Below are positions 1 through 11,638 of a DNA stretch of 45,556 nt, piece by piece. The position numbers and the translations under genes are program-made. Each line of letters begins with the position of its first letter. Within the stretch, counting starts at the first letter, position 1. Under the pieces are notes generated by a model. The model searched no databases. It was not told the origin of the DNA and worked only from the letters and a program-made list of their open reading frames with translations. The DNA comes from Octopus bimaculoides (taxonomy: Eukaryota), in assembly GCF_001194135.2 (NCBI RefSeq), contig NC_068992.1, forward strand, positions 15,764,143 to 15,809,698. The letters are read 5' to 3'.

Positions 1-146
1 ATATATATGTAATCGTTTTTTTTTTTTAACACGATCCCTTTTGATCGGAAATTTTTTTCTTCCCCTTTTTTGTCTATTTTCAAAAAGAAAAGCTCTACAT
101 TGTATTTTGTCCCCTCTGTGTTCGGCCCTCTGTGGCTAATAAAGAA

Positions 147-148
147 AC

Positions 149-193
<45 letters not shown>

Positions 194-225
194 CATACGT
201 ACATACATATATATATACATATGTA

Positions 226-268
<43 letters not shown>

Positions 269-425
269 CATGCATATATTTTACTTGAGAAATAAGTATG
301 CATACATCTCTCTTTCTGTATATATGTTTGTGTGTGCATTTATGTGTCTACACACACATAGTTTTACATATGTGTATATATACATACATACATACATACT
401 TACATACATATATATATATGTATAT
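147..425. repeat. Compound (AT)n/(ACAT)n microsatellite
   Basis: Direct reading; accounts for the IYIY/YIYI ORFs at 70-470. Confidence 0.95.
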
Positions 426-1559
426 AGAAAAGTTAGGTGTGTGTATGCACAAAATTGTATATTAGTATAATGAAGCTGTGCTTTCTAATGATATTATATT
501 CAATAGAAAAAAACTATTTTTTGAAAATGTTAATTCATAGAGAGGGTGAGCGAATGATAGAGAGAGAGGGAGAGTGAGAGTCGAAATGGTGAGGTGCCTG
601 GGTTTATTGTTGTTAGCTATATACGATTGTATTTTTTACATTTTATTTTTTAAATAAATTCATTCAAATTCAGTTGATATTTTTTTTTAAATGTACCATC
701 CAGTTGCCACATGAAAAATAATAAATATTTTAGTAAAAGAATCCAAAGAATTGTTGAGTGCAGATGCTAGGAATTGAACCTGGGGTCTGTGGATAAGCTA
801 ATGTATTACTTTGATTTCACTGCTAAGATGTAAATTTTATTTTGATATGAGACATTGTGCAATGATGAGGTTTCACATACAGATGCACCGAGGAGAAAAG
901 CATCTTGTCTTTTATATTAATATCTTCACCAAATGTGTGATTTTCATCATCATCATCTTGTTTTCCTCTTCCTCCTTGTCCTCCTCTCCAACCCTGAAAC
1001 ATCCTCCATCAACTCCTCCCCCTCTCCCCCCTCTCNNNNNNNNNNNNNNNNNNNNNNNNNNNNNNNNNNNNNNNNNNNNNNNNNNNNNNNNNNNNNNNNN
1101 NNNNNNNNNNNNNNNNNNNNNNNNNNNNNNNNNNNNNNNNNNNNNNNNNNNNNNNNNNNNNNNNNNNNNNNNNNNNNNNNNNNNNNNNNNNNNNNNNNNN
1201 NNNNNNNNNNNNNNNNNNNNNNNNNNNNNNNNNNNNNNNNNNNNNNNNNNNNNNNNNNNNNNNNNNNNNNNNNNNNNNNNNNNNNNNNNNNNNNNNNNNN
1301 NNNNNNNNNNNNNNNNNNNNNNNNNNNNNNNNNNNNNNNNNNNNNNNNNNNNNNNNNNNNNNNNNNNNNNNNNNNNNNNNNNNNNNNNNNNNNNNNNNNN
1401 NNNNNNNNNNNNNNNNNNNNNNNNNNNNNNNNNNNNNNNNNNNNNNNNNNNNNNNNNNNNNNNNNNNNNNNNNNNNNNNNNNNNNNNNNNNNNNNNNNNN
1501 NNNNNNNNNNNNNNNNNNNNNNNNNNNNNNNNNNNNNNNNNNNNNNNNNNNNNNNNNNN

Positions 1560-1809
1560 GTACCTACTTATTCCATCGGTATTTTGTAGGACTGCTAAGT
1601 TACAGGGACGTAAAAACACAAACACACACGCTGATATATAAATATATACGATGGGCTTCTTTCAGTTTCCGCTTACCAAATCCGCTCACAAGGCTCTGGT
1701 CGGCCCGAGGCTATAGAAGAAAATATTTGGCCAACATGCCACGCAGTGGAACTGAACCCAGGACCATGCGGTTGGGAAGCAAGCTCCTCACTACGCAGCC
1801 ACGCCTGCA
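1560..1809 (-). mobile_element. SINE family C copy (tRNA-like head, internal microsatellite), 3' part lost in gap
   Basis: Shares the GGGCTTCTTTCAGTTTCCG...CCACGCAGTGGAACTGAACCC block with the copies at 3110, 6783, 28337, 28745, 41012 and 41433. Confidence 0.85.
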
Positions 1810-2915
1810 CTTGTTAGTTGATAGCAAGCATCACAGTTTCCTTCGTATGAAACTACACCCTCTTCTGCACTGTCTTTATCACTCTCTCCCACCCGTAACT
1901 CTTCCTGTCTCATAATTCCTTTTTATTTTCATCTACGCTAGAAACTTAAATATTCTTGTCTAAAATCTTAGACGGGTGTCATATAAGGGAAGTAACTCGA
2001 ACTGATTTTCATTTACGATTACTTCCCTTCATAAACGTGCTGTTTATCGATTATCTGTATGTCTTGTATAAGAATTACGTATTATTATTTTACTGTAAAG
2101 TATTGAAGTGTGGCTATCACTCTAAAATAATATGAATATCCCGACCACTTCTTAACTGAGCCAGGAACAGCGGTCGTACTGGTTTGACGGTCAAATGAAG
2201 TGGATAGGATAGATCTTTCTTGGTTGCGAAACGACTGCTGGAAAATACGCAAAATAGTCCTGAAATAAGCCTGATTAGAAAGTTATATAAAAATGATCTG
2301 GAAAAACTGAAGATAACCAGTAACAATACATTGATATCTGTTAATAGCGCCCTAGCCCTCAGCAGTTTGAAACGACGTTGTTTTCATAGATGACCGGAAC
2401 CCAAGAAGGCCAGTTGAATCGAAGGAAGTTTCAAATATCGGATTTGAATCGTTTTGGCTTTGCGGAGCACTGGAGATTACAAAATAAATAAATAAAAGAT
2501 TAGTTGCGCACTTCAGTGAAAAAAGTTAAGGGAAACTATTTTTGAAAGATAAAAATCGTGTGTGTATATATATGTATATATATATATATACATATATAGT
2601 TTTAGGGAAAAGAACCAAGTTTCATGAACTCATCGATGAAAATCCACTATCACATATAGAAAAATTAATAATTAAAAGCACAATAAATGAGTATAATATA
2701 ATACAAAGTAAATATCATAAGAGATAATAAGTTTGGAAACCTTTGACTAAGAGCCTCAGCTCTCTCCCCTCGGTATACAAACCTCACGAGACTAACGAAC
2801 TTGTTATTTAGCAGAACATCTTACAGGGAATGGTCGAAGAAAAGTAACTCTTGATAAACTATTTAATAAATCATCTCAGCATTTCTTGGTGAGATTTATT
2901 AAACATTGCTTTCAA

Positions 2916-3058
2916 AATTTGGCACAAGGCTAGTAATTTAGGAGGAAATCGATTACATGGATCCCAGTACTTACTTATTTCATCGACTCTGAACGGGAGA
3001 AAGGCAAAGTCAACCTCGGCTGGATTTGAACTCAGAAATGTCGCTAAGCGTTTTCCAA
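2916..3058 (-). mobile_element. SINE family B, diverged partial copy
   Basis: AAAGGCAAAGTCAACCTCGGCTGGATTTGAACTCAG matches the reverse complement of the family B body at 6098. Confidence 0.75.
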
Positions 3059-3109
3059 CTCAATGCTTTCAATCCCACTCATTTGATATCTCTCTTTTAC
3101 TCTTTACTC

Positions 3110-3476
3110 TCTTTTACTTGTTTCAGTCATTTGACTGCGGCCATGCTGGAGCACCGCCTTTAGTCGAGAAAATCGACCCAGAGGACTTATTCTTTGTAAG
3201 CCTAATGCTTATTCTATCGGTCTCTTTTTGCCGAACCGCTAAGTTACGGGAACATAAACATACCAGATTCGGTTGTCAAGCGATGGTGGGGGGACAAACA
3301 CAGACACACAAACACACACATACATACATACATACATAATACATATATATNNNNNNNNNNTTTGGTCGGCCGAGGCTATAGTAGAAGACACTTGCCCAAG
3401 GTGCCACGCAGTGGGACTGAACCCGGAACCATGTGGTTGGTAAGCAAGCTACTTACCACACAGCCACTCATGCGCC
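3110..3476 (-). mobile_element. SINE family C, near full length (10-N gap inside)
   Basis: Minus-strand head GGCGCATGAGTGGCTGTGTGGTAAG (A-box like) and GGTTCAGTCCC (B-box like), then GGCACCTTGGGCAAGTGTCTT, a CA/TA repeat, and tail GGTGCTCCAGCATGGCCGCAGTCAAATGACTGAAACAAG. Confidence 0.9.
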
Positions 3477-3544
3477 TATATCGATAACTAATGAAATCAG
3501 CCTCAACATAGAAAGTTGTAAGGGAAATATATAATCCCTATTCT

Positions 3545-3670
3545 CTGTCATGCTGAATCTCCCCGAGAGCTACGTTTAGGGTACGCGTGTCTGGGAAGTA
3601 CGCAGCCACTTGCACGTTCCGTTGATCGGATTAACTGGAACCCTCGTCATCATAACCAGCGGAGTGTCAG
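3545..3670 (+). mobile_element. SINE family O, 5'-truncated tail fragment
   Basis: GCTGAATCTCCCCGAGAGCTACG...CAGCCACTTGCACGTTCCGTTGATCGGATTAACTGGAACCCTCGTC aligns to 31190-31330. Confidence 0.8.
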
Positions 3671-3944
3671 TTTAAATACATAAATGTGTCTATTAAAGTT
3701 TAAATACCTCGATATGTTCTCTTATCAAGTCGGGTATGGACAACATGTTACGAGTTTCGGATCGCACGAGACATGGATTTTCATCAGGAGGGCCGCACTA
3801 CTATAAATATTCAAGATAAGTTTTCGTTAGGTGTACCATTGAGAATGTTCCACGGGTCTCAGTTTGTTTACGACCTGTTTAAATACATGTGTCTCACATC
3901 TACTAAAAGTACATAGATATGTTCTGACACAGGTTATTTATCTA

Positions 3945-4043
3945 TACGCCCTTTTAAAGCCTAGCCAGGCTCATGGCCCCGGTTTCTATGGCGTATGTGT
4001 TACCCCCAGCTGGACGGGACGCCAGTCCATCGCAGCGTTACTC
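3945..4043 (-). mobile_element. SINE family A, tail-only fragment (tail type 1)
   Basis: Nearly identical to 7513-7615 (CGCCCTTTTAAAGCCTAGCCAGGCTCATGG...GGACGGGACGCCAGTCCATCGCAGCGTTACTC). Confidence 0.85.
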
Positions 4044-4274
4044 AATAAACAGGAAGAAAGAGTGAGAGAAAGTTGGGGCGAAATAGTACAACAGGGGTCG
4101 CCACCATACATAATGTGTATAGTTTTATGTACAGTATATGGAAAAAAATTCGATAACTATATCAAAGCGGTATGTGTAATCAAAAATTATATAGGTACAT
4201 AATTGACTATACCGACTGGCTGGCTGGCCGGCTGGCCTGGCTCTCCGTCGGTTATGCCGACGAGTGTTCTAGTT

Positions 4275-4548
4275 CAGGGGATTTCAAACTTTTTGGCTTG
4301 CGGACCCCTTTATATTTCAGGCTTTACCTTAGGGACCCCTTATAAACGCTTATGAAATTTATACATAAATATTTGCTTAAAATAACATATATTTTTATAT
4401 TTATTTATTTAATAGTATTTAACAAATAGGTTTATTGTCAATTAAAAGATTTCGATTAAAAAACATATATAAAATCAAATTGCCCATAAAAAGTATTTGC
4501 TGTCCACGGACCCCCTGCGGTCCGCGGACCACAGTTTGAAAACCCCTG
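4275..4548. mobile_element. hAT (Charlie/Buster-type) MITE, 274 bp
   Basis: TIRs CAGGGGATTTCAAACT at the left and AGTTTGAAAACCCCTG at the right; perfect 8-bp TSD TTCTAGTT at 4267-4274 and 4549-4556. An 8-bp TSD with central TA is typical of the Buster/Charlie group. Confidence 0.92.
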
Positions 4549-4599
4549 TTCTAGTTGATTCGATAAACGGATCAGCCAGCTCGTGAAATTAACTTGGGG

Positions 4600-6050
4600 A
4601 ATTGAGAGCTCAGAACACAAAGAGTTGGAAGGAATACCGCTAAGCCGAAGGAAGTGAATTTTAGTGGAGGGTGGAAACTGTTGACATAGAATACGAAAGT
4701 GTGAGTTGCTTACGGGTGATCGAGGTGGTAGTGATTCAGTAAGGACCGTGCGAATCAAGAGTCGGTCGAGTACACCAGGTGAAAATTTGTGCCTCAAGGC
4801 GGCTAACAAACAATTTAGCGTAATTAGGACTTAACATGGTTCCCGTAGCTACTCTGCTTATTATTGCTAGGAATTACCCGAGAAGCAATTGAAAAGAAAA
4901 CGAGTTCAGTGAGGCGGAGAAAGATGGAAGAGCAAGGGTCAAACGTGATGCAGTTATCAAGAAAGTATTTGAGATATGGAAGCCTTCATCTTGGGGGATG
5001 ATGGTGTATAAAGGTTCACAGGGAATGGAGTTTAGCAAGCCTAGAAGCGAAGAGACGGAGTGCGGGGTATGTGTCCTTAATGTAAGGTGGAAGAGTAGCA
5101 ATGCAGGGAGATACAAGTTGGTCAAGGTAGCTACAGATTAATAGTTCTGTGGAAAAACTATGATTAGAGAAAAGGAAGAATCGGGAGTGTTGCGATTAAG
5201 GATTTAGAGGAGGAAGAAGATGAGAGTAGAGAGTGTAATGTGTTTCGTGTATGAGGTTGATGTCAGTAGACGAAAGTGAAGAGATGTGTTGGCGTACGGT
5301 GGTAGAAACTAGCTTTTTGTATGTAATTGTATCATCGCTGGGAAATTTCTGTTTTGAACTGGAGGTCACTAAGTTAATGAAGGACTCCCTCCCCAGAGAG
5401 ATCAGCTCGTTAATCACATCTGCTCAACCTTTATCAGCCGGTTTGATCATAAAGTCACTGCAGCGGCGGAGAGTGACGAACTCCAGAGAAACGGTGTTAA
5501 CGCAACCTCTGTCGTTTTTTTTTTTTTTTCCTTAAGTCGAAATGATTTTCATCCCTTTGATATGTAATAAGATCATATCCAAAGAATTGTGCTGTTCCAA
5601 GTTTAAAAGACTTAGGTGTCCACTTGGAACAGTTATGCTCGAGTTCCGAGAAACAGTCTGAAACCAGGAGAATCATCCTTGTTGATGAAAAAGAAAGAAA
5701 GCCTTCAGCTGGGTACGTCGAAGGAATCTTTCGGGTTCGATGCTTGTCTGGAATTCGTCTCCCTCGCAAATGCGAGGGATGACACAAAGATATCAGCTAA
5801 GAGTTGAGAGCTCAGCATCAGAGAGTGGTTGGTAAGTCACGAGACAAAGTGACTGCAATATCTCATAATATGATACAAGTTGGAATCATCGGAGGACGAC
5901 GAAGAAATACTAAACTACAAGTGGTTTGGTATTTCTTTGGTATTTGTACAGCTTGGTCTTGTAAGCGAAATGAAGGAGTCAATTGTTAAGATGATTTCTG
6001 TGCAAGGATATAGAGTGGACAGATTCAAGGTTGTGCCTTCCTCAGTCCTT
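4600..6050 (-). mobile_element. Penelope-like element, decayed reverse transcriptase ORF
   Basis: Minus-strand translation across frameshifts gives ordered PLE RT motifs: IKPADKG (about 5428-5448), YLDQLVSPCIATLPPYIKDT (about 5071-5130), LYTIIPQDEG (about 4985-5012), VATGTMLSPNYAKLFVSRLEAQIF (about 4780-4850) and YVNSFHPPLKFT (about 4655-4692). No intact catalytic YxDD motif or GIY-YIG domain was found. Confidence 0.85.
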
Positions 6051-6097
6051 CGCCATACAACCGTGCCTCTAATACCCATTCAATACTATCCAATTGG

Positions 6098-6530
6098 AAG
6101 GCGGCGAGATGGCAGAATCGTTAGCACGCCGGGCGAAATGCTTAGCAGTATTTCGTCTGCCGTTACGTTCTGAGTTCAAATTCCGCCGAGGTCGACTTTG
6201 CCTTTCATCCTTTCGGGGTCGATAAATTAAGCACCAGTTACGCACTGGGGTTCTTTGTAATCGATTTAATCCCTTTGTCTGTCCTTGTTTGTCCCCTCTG
6301 TGTGTAGCCCCTTGTGGGCAATAAAAAAATAATAAACGTTAGCACGCCGGGCAAAATGCTTAGCGGTATTTCGTCTGTCTTTACGTCCTGAGTTCAAATT
6401 TCACCGAGGTTGACTTTGCCTTTCATCCTTTCGGGTTCGATAAAATAAATACCAGTTGAGGTCTGGGGCCCATGTAATCGACTTACTCACTGTTCTGAAA
6501 TTGGCGGCCTTGTGCCAAAATATGAAATCA
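6098..6530 (+). mobile_element. SINE family B head-to-tail dimer
   Basis: Unit 1 GCGGCGAGATGGCAGAATCGTTAGCACGCC...GAGTTCAAATTCCGCCGAGG with tail 1 (...CCCCTTGTGGGCAATAAA); unit 2 starts AAACGTTAGCACGCC at about 6335 and carries tail 2 (...GGCCTTGTGCCAAAA). Confidence 0.9.
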
Positions 6531-6782
6531 CCATTATTCTATTGTGATACTAAATAAATTAGCTTCTGAGATTGTCAATGTGAAGTGGAATTACATACGA
6601 TAAGAAGCAATATGAGACAGTAAAGAGCTCTCTTCTGTCTAAAATTGATATGCAAAATTATATGATGTCTAATATTGAATATATTTCAAAATACTAATGT
6701 TTCCGACATAAATATAATTTCCTATTCCGAACTAATTTAATTGTCATGAGTTTCGGTATTTTAGCAATTTATTATTCTTTTA

Positions 6783-6961
6783 TTCTTTTATTTGTTTCAG
6801 TCATTTGACTATGGCCATGCTGGAGCACCGCCTTTTTAGTGGAACAAATCGACCCCAGGACTTATTCTTTGTAAGCCTTGTACTTATTCTATCGGTCTCT
6901 TTTGCCGAACTTGCTGTCAAGCGATGATTGGGGGGACAAATACAGACACACAAACATATAT

Positions 6962-7019
<58 letters not shown>

Positions 7020-7177
7020 GACGGGCTTCTTTCAGTTTCCGTCTACCAAATCCACTCACAAGGCTTTGGTCGGACCGAAGCTATAGTAGAAGACGCTTGC
7101 CGAAGGTGCCACGCAGCGGGACTGAACCCGGAACTATGTGGTTGGTAAGCAAGTTACTTACCACACAACCACTCCTG
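6783..7177 (-). mobile_element. SINE family C, full length with internal (CA)n
   Basis: Colinear with the copy at 3110-3476; (CA)n at about 6965-7018. Confidence 0.9.
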
Positions 7178-7497
7178 TTAATTTTTTTTTGTCAGTTTTA
7201 TTCCAGGAACAATCTTCTACAGTTTGTTTATAAGGATTTCTAAATTACCTCTATGGTATGGAACTACTACAAAAAATGCTACAAGACTTCAAGGGACATC
7301 AAACTAGCTCTTCAGTAACTAATAACGATGTTTAAGGAAAAGTTGGTGATATTAACCCAATGTTGTTTGTTCCAGTTATGCTTTATATATATATGAATAA
7401 AAGTAAATGGATCTCCGTCGCTTTCGACGATGAGTAGTCAGTTGCTCAATCAGCTGACTAAACTGTTCATTGAAGTAGCACGTAAATAGTTGTAATA

Positions 7498-7759
7498 AAA
7501 AAAAAAAAAAATGCGCCCTTTTAAAGCCTAGCCAGGCTCATGGTCCCGGTTTCCCGGTTTCAATGGCGTATGTGTTCCCCAGCTGGACGGGACGCCAGTC
7601 CATCGCAGCGTTACTCATTTTTGCCAGCTGAGTGGACTGGAGCAACGTGAAATGAAGTGTTTTGCTCAAGAACACAACGCGTCGCCTAGTCCGGGAATCG
7701 AAACCACAATTTCACGATCATGATGCTAACACCCTAACCACTAAGCCACGTGCCTCCAC
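7498..7759 (-). mobile_element. SINE family A (tRNA head, CORE-like middle, tail type 1) with 14-bp TSD
   Basis: Head GTGGAGGCACGTGGCTTAGTGGTTAG...GGTTTCGATTCCCGG; middle GTGTTCTTGAGCAAAACACTTCATTTCACG; TSD AAATAGTTGTAATA at 7484-7497 and 7760-7773. Confidence 0.9.
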
Positions 7760-7790
7760 AAATAGTTGTAATATATAAAAAAAATCAGCG

Positions 7791-7860
7791 TGACTCAGTG
7801 TGACTCAGCGTGACATAGCGTAGGTTGGCGCGGTTTATCGTGACTCGATGTGACTCAGCG
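7791..7860 (+). promoter_or_regulatory. 10-bp tandem array carrying AP-1 (TGACTCA) / ARE (TGACnnnGC) motifs
   Basis: TGACTCAGTG, TGACTCAGCG, TGACATAGCG, TGACTCGATG and TGACTCAGCG begin at 7791, 7801, 7811, 7841 and 7851. The motifs are seen directly; function is untested. Confidence 0.45.
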
Positions 7861-8039
7861 GGTAACAAAGACAGACTTTTGAATAGTAGGGATAATCCAA
7901 CCCGAGGTCATAGTAACAGGCCCTTGACTAAGATGCCCCACGGTGAGATTAAAAACGAGGCTACAAAATTTCGAAGCGTAATTTTTTAACAAGTCGGCCT
8001 ACAGTATGCTTATGGATATGTTTATGTATGCAGTGTTAA

Positions 8040-8592
8040 TCAGTTAGGGTGAGAGGGAGAGAGGGGGGAGAGAGACAGGGAGAAGGGGAGAGAGGAGAGA
8101 GAGTGTGTGAAAGAGAGGAGGAGAAAGAGAAAGGGAGAGAGAGAGAGTAGAAGAGAGAAATAGAGGGAGAGAGAGGAGAGAGTGTGTGTGAAAGAGGGAG
8201 GGAAGAAGAGAAAGGAAGCGAGGGAGTGTGTGTATGTGTGTGAGAGAGAGAGAGTGTGTTTATGTGTGTGTGAGAGAGAGAGAAGAGGAAAGAGAGATGA
8301 GGAGAGAGAGAGGGGGGAAGAGAGAGGAAGGGGTGGGGAGAAAGAGAGAGAGAGAGAGAGGGGAAGAGAGACGGGAAGGGGTGAGGGAAAAGAGAGAGAG
8401 AGAGAGAGAGGGGAAGAGANNNNNNNNNNAGGAAGCGAGGGAGTGTGTGTATGTGTGTGAGAGAGAGAGAGTGTGTTTATGTGTGTGTGAGAGAGAGAGA
8501 AGAGGAAAGAGAGATGAGGAGAGAGAGAGGGGGGAAGAGAGAGGAAGGGGTGGGGAGAAAGAGAGAGAGAGAGAGTGAGAGAGAGAGAAGGT
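8040..8592 (+). repeat. GA-rich polypurine low-complexity block
   Basis: Direct reading; about 8213-8419 is repeated at 8430-8580 across a 10-N gap, probably an assembly overlap. Confidence 0.9.
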
Positions 8593-9944
8593 AATCTCAC
8601 TCTTTGATTGGTACTTAATTTTACCCCAAAAGTATAAGAATCGACATTGGCTTTGGCGAGATTCGATCCTGGTGCACTGAGAGACGTAAGAAATACGGCA
8701 CGGCGCTGAATCTACAAATCCGTCGCTGAACAAGAGCAATTTGATATTTTGTTAGCGACTGTCTCTGACGAAACTGTTGCTATAGATGAACCACCACATA
8801 CGCCCTCTCTCTCAACTCTATTCATACACACACACACACACGTATATATAAATATATGAATACATAAATACAGGCACTAAATCGTTATACATGAAAGAAA
8901 AATTATTTTAAAACTCCAAAATTGTAACCGGTTGAAATTGTATCAGAATATGTCTGGCTAAGTTTGATTAAATTAACAGAAGAAAGAAACAAAGTTATAC
9001 CAAAAATAAATAAATAAATAAATAAAAGAGAGAGAGAGAGAGAAAGAAACGAAGGTGTACCGAACCAAATAAATTTAAAAAGAAAATATTGGTGTGAAAA
9101 TCACAGCTTCGCTTTATTTCGATAATAAGCGGAAAATTGAATGGAGAAAAATACGTGCGTTCGGTTATGTATTTTATATGTAAATATGTAAAAGCTAACT
9201 ATCACGAAAGCGTGGAAATGTAAAACGTGAAAAATAGGGTCAATATAAGACAGCAATCAGGCAAAATCCTTAACGCTAGCAGCATTTTGTCCGGCATTTT
9301 GACCACGGCAGCAATTCCACCGAGGCCGACTTTGCCATTTCGTCCTTTTGTGGTTGATAAAATAAGTAATTAAACACTGGGGGTTTATGTAATCGACTCA
9401 TCCCCTCCCCTAAAATTTTAGTCCAGACGGGTCATGAAACAACAAAAAGCCAACCAGTCCTATGTATTCTGGTTGGTTTAAACAATTTTTAACGAGATTT
9501 TATCAACTTTTGCACAATAAACAGATTGACAAACTTACGAGTGACTGGGAGCGACGTGTTGTTGATACACCACCACAACACCAATACTGAATATACTAGC
9601 AATAGATTAAATTGAATATGCCACACTGTTATATATAATATTTGTAGCATTATAGCGGCATAAGAAAACTTATATAATATTGTTTGCTTGTCAAGACATG
9701 ATTGAGTATCATGCTTTGAATAACCTTAACTATGGAGCGAAAACGAAGATGTAATCAATGTCTTTAACGGAAGGAAAACAATATTATAAAAATCATTAAA
9801 TTTATGCGTCAAAATAAAAATAAACATCATTTATAAAACGTGTAATTTCCACGGGTCCTGTTAGTCAGTATCATAGCATTAATTTGAACGGCGTTCGACA
9901 GATTGCATAGAAAAGTGGGGAAACACTTTGTAGTGTTGAGTAAC

Positions 9945-10450
9945 GCTTCTCCTCTTCCTCTTCTCCCCTTCCTCTTCTCCTCTTCCTTCTCTCCTTTTCC
10001 TCCTCTCCTCTTCCTCCTCTTCTCTTCATCTCCTTCTCTTCCTCCCCTTCTTTTCATCTTCTTCCTCTCCTCTTCCTCCTCTCCTTTTCCTCCTCTCCTC
10101 TTCCTCCTCTTCTCTTCATCTCCTTCTCTTCCTCCCCTTCTTTTCCTCTCCTCTTCCTCCTCCTCTCCTCTTCCTCCTCTCCTCTCCTCTCCTCTTCCTC
10201 CTCTCTTCTACCTCCTCCTCTCCTTCTACCTCCTCTTCTCCTCTACCTCCTCCTCTCTTCTTCCTCCTCCTCTCCTTCTCTCCCTCTCCCTTTCCCCTCT
10301 TCTCTTCCTACGTACTCCTTCACTTCACTTCCTCTCTTCCTCTTCCCTCCTTTCCCCCTTCTCCCCTCTTCTCTTCCTACATACTCCTCCTCTCCTACCC
10401 TACCCTCTTACCCTTCTCATCATCATCATCTCTTCTTCCATCAATTTCCC
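9945..10450 (+). repeat. CT-rich polypyrimidine low-complexity block with internal duplication
   Basis: Direct reading (CTCTTCCTCCTC units). Confidence 0.9.
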
Positions 10451-10728
10451 TCCCCTCGCTGGTGATTTTGTACTTTTTTTCTAAATTGTTGTTGCAGAGT
10501 TTTATTGTATATGTCTAAAAGAATCGCAGACAGCTATTTTAATTCGTTCGTTTCTAAACATTAATTATTTATGAGCAAGACGGCATGATGGATGTCGAAT
10601 TTGTATTTCAGTGAGTAAAATTATAAGTTTTTACTTTGCTAATTACCAAAGAAAAGAGCTCGAAAAAAAAAGAAAAAAAAGAAAGTTGATTTTTACAACT
10701 GAATGACAAAAATATCAGGAGTCAGCTA

Positions 10729-10890
<162 letters not shown>

Positions 10891-11299
10891 TTGTTGTTTG
10901 CTTAATCGCACTAAAAATATCAAGCTATCTTATATGAAATTCATCAGTATGTTACAGCTGTAATTAATTGATCGTTAAACAGTGTTAGTGTTAGTGACAA
11001 CATATACTTATTGTAAATATACAAATGAGAAATTTGTTTTATATAATTTTTTTTTTAATACATAAAACATTCTTATTTTAGAAATTAGCATTTATTTCAC
11101 TGTTTTGTATATAAGCAGCCATGAAATTCGTAAAAAGAGAGTAAATGTATATTGTATTTATGAAAAATTGCTTGATGTTAGCCGTATATAGCAAAAGTAT
11201 ATGTCTATCATTGGTTGGGTTACACTCACAGCATCGCGAGCGGGATCTTCCAACACAAAAGACCTTTTAGGCATATATTATTCCCCAGTCTGTTATCCT

Positions 11300-11638
11300 G
11301 CATGCTGGCTTAGTGCTTAGAGTATCGGGCTTACAATCAAGGGGTTGTGAGTTTGACTCCCGGACCGAGTTGTTTGTTGTGTTCTTGAGCAAGACACTTT
11401 ATTTCACGTTGTTCCAGTTCACTCAGCTGTAGAAATGAGTTGTGACATCACTGGTGCCAAGCTGTATCGGCCTTTTCCTTTCCCTTTCCCTTGCTGGTAT
11501 GCATGGGCGACTGCTGACCTTCTACATACAACCTTTCTTGAACTTGTGCTTTGGAGGGGAACTTTCTAGGTGCAATACTATGGTCATTCGTGACCAAAGG
11601 GGGTCTTCACCTTCTTTTTACCTTTTATTTTTACCCTT
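11300..11638 (+). mobile_element. SINE family A (tail type 2)
   Basis: TGGCTTAGTGCTTAG A-box like, GAGTTTGACTCCCGG B-box like, same middle as the 7498 copy, then a different tail GTGACATCACTGGTGCCAAGCTGTATCGGCC... shared with the copy at 21688. Confidence 0.85.

Noticed and set aside
1985-2029. Hairpin AAGGGAAGTAA...TTACTTCCCTT (11-bp arms)
   Set aside because: Too short for a pre-miRNA and probably part of an old dispersed repeat; no other support.
2100-2420. Possible LINE RT C-terminal remnant (MKWIG..., KNDLEKLKI)
   Set aside because: Only fragmentary resemblance across different frames.
8213-8580. Direct duplication of about 150 bp across a 10-N gap
   Set aside because: Typical contig-overlap or haplotype artefact.
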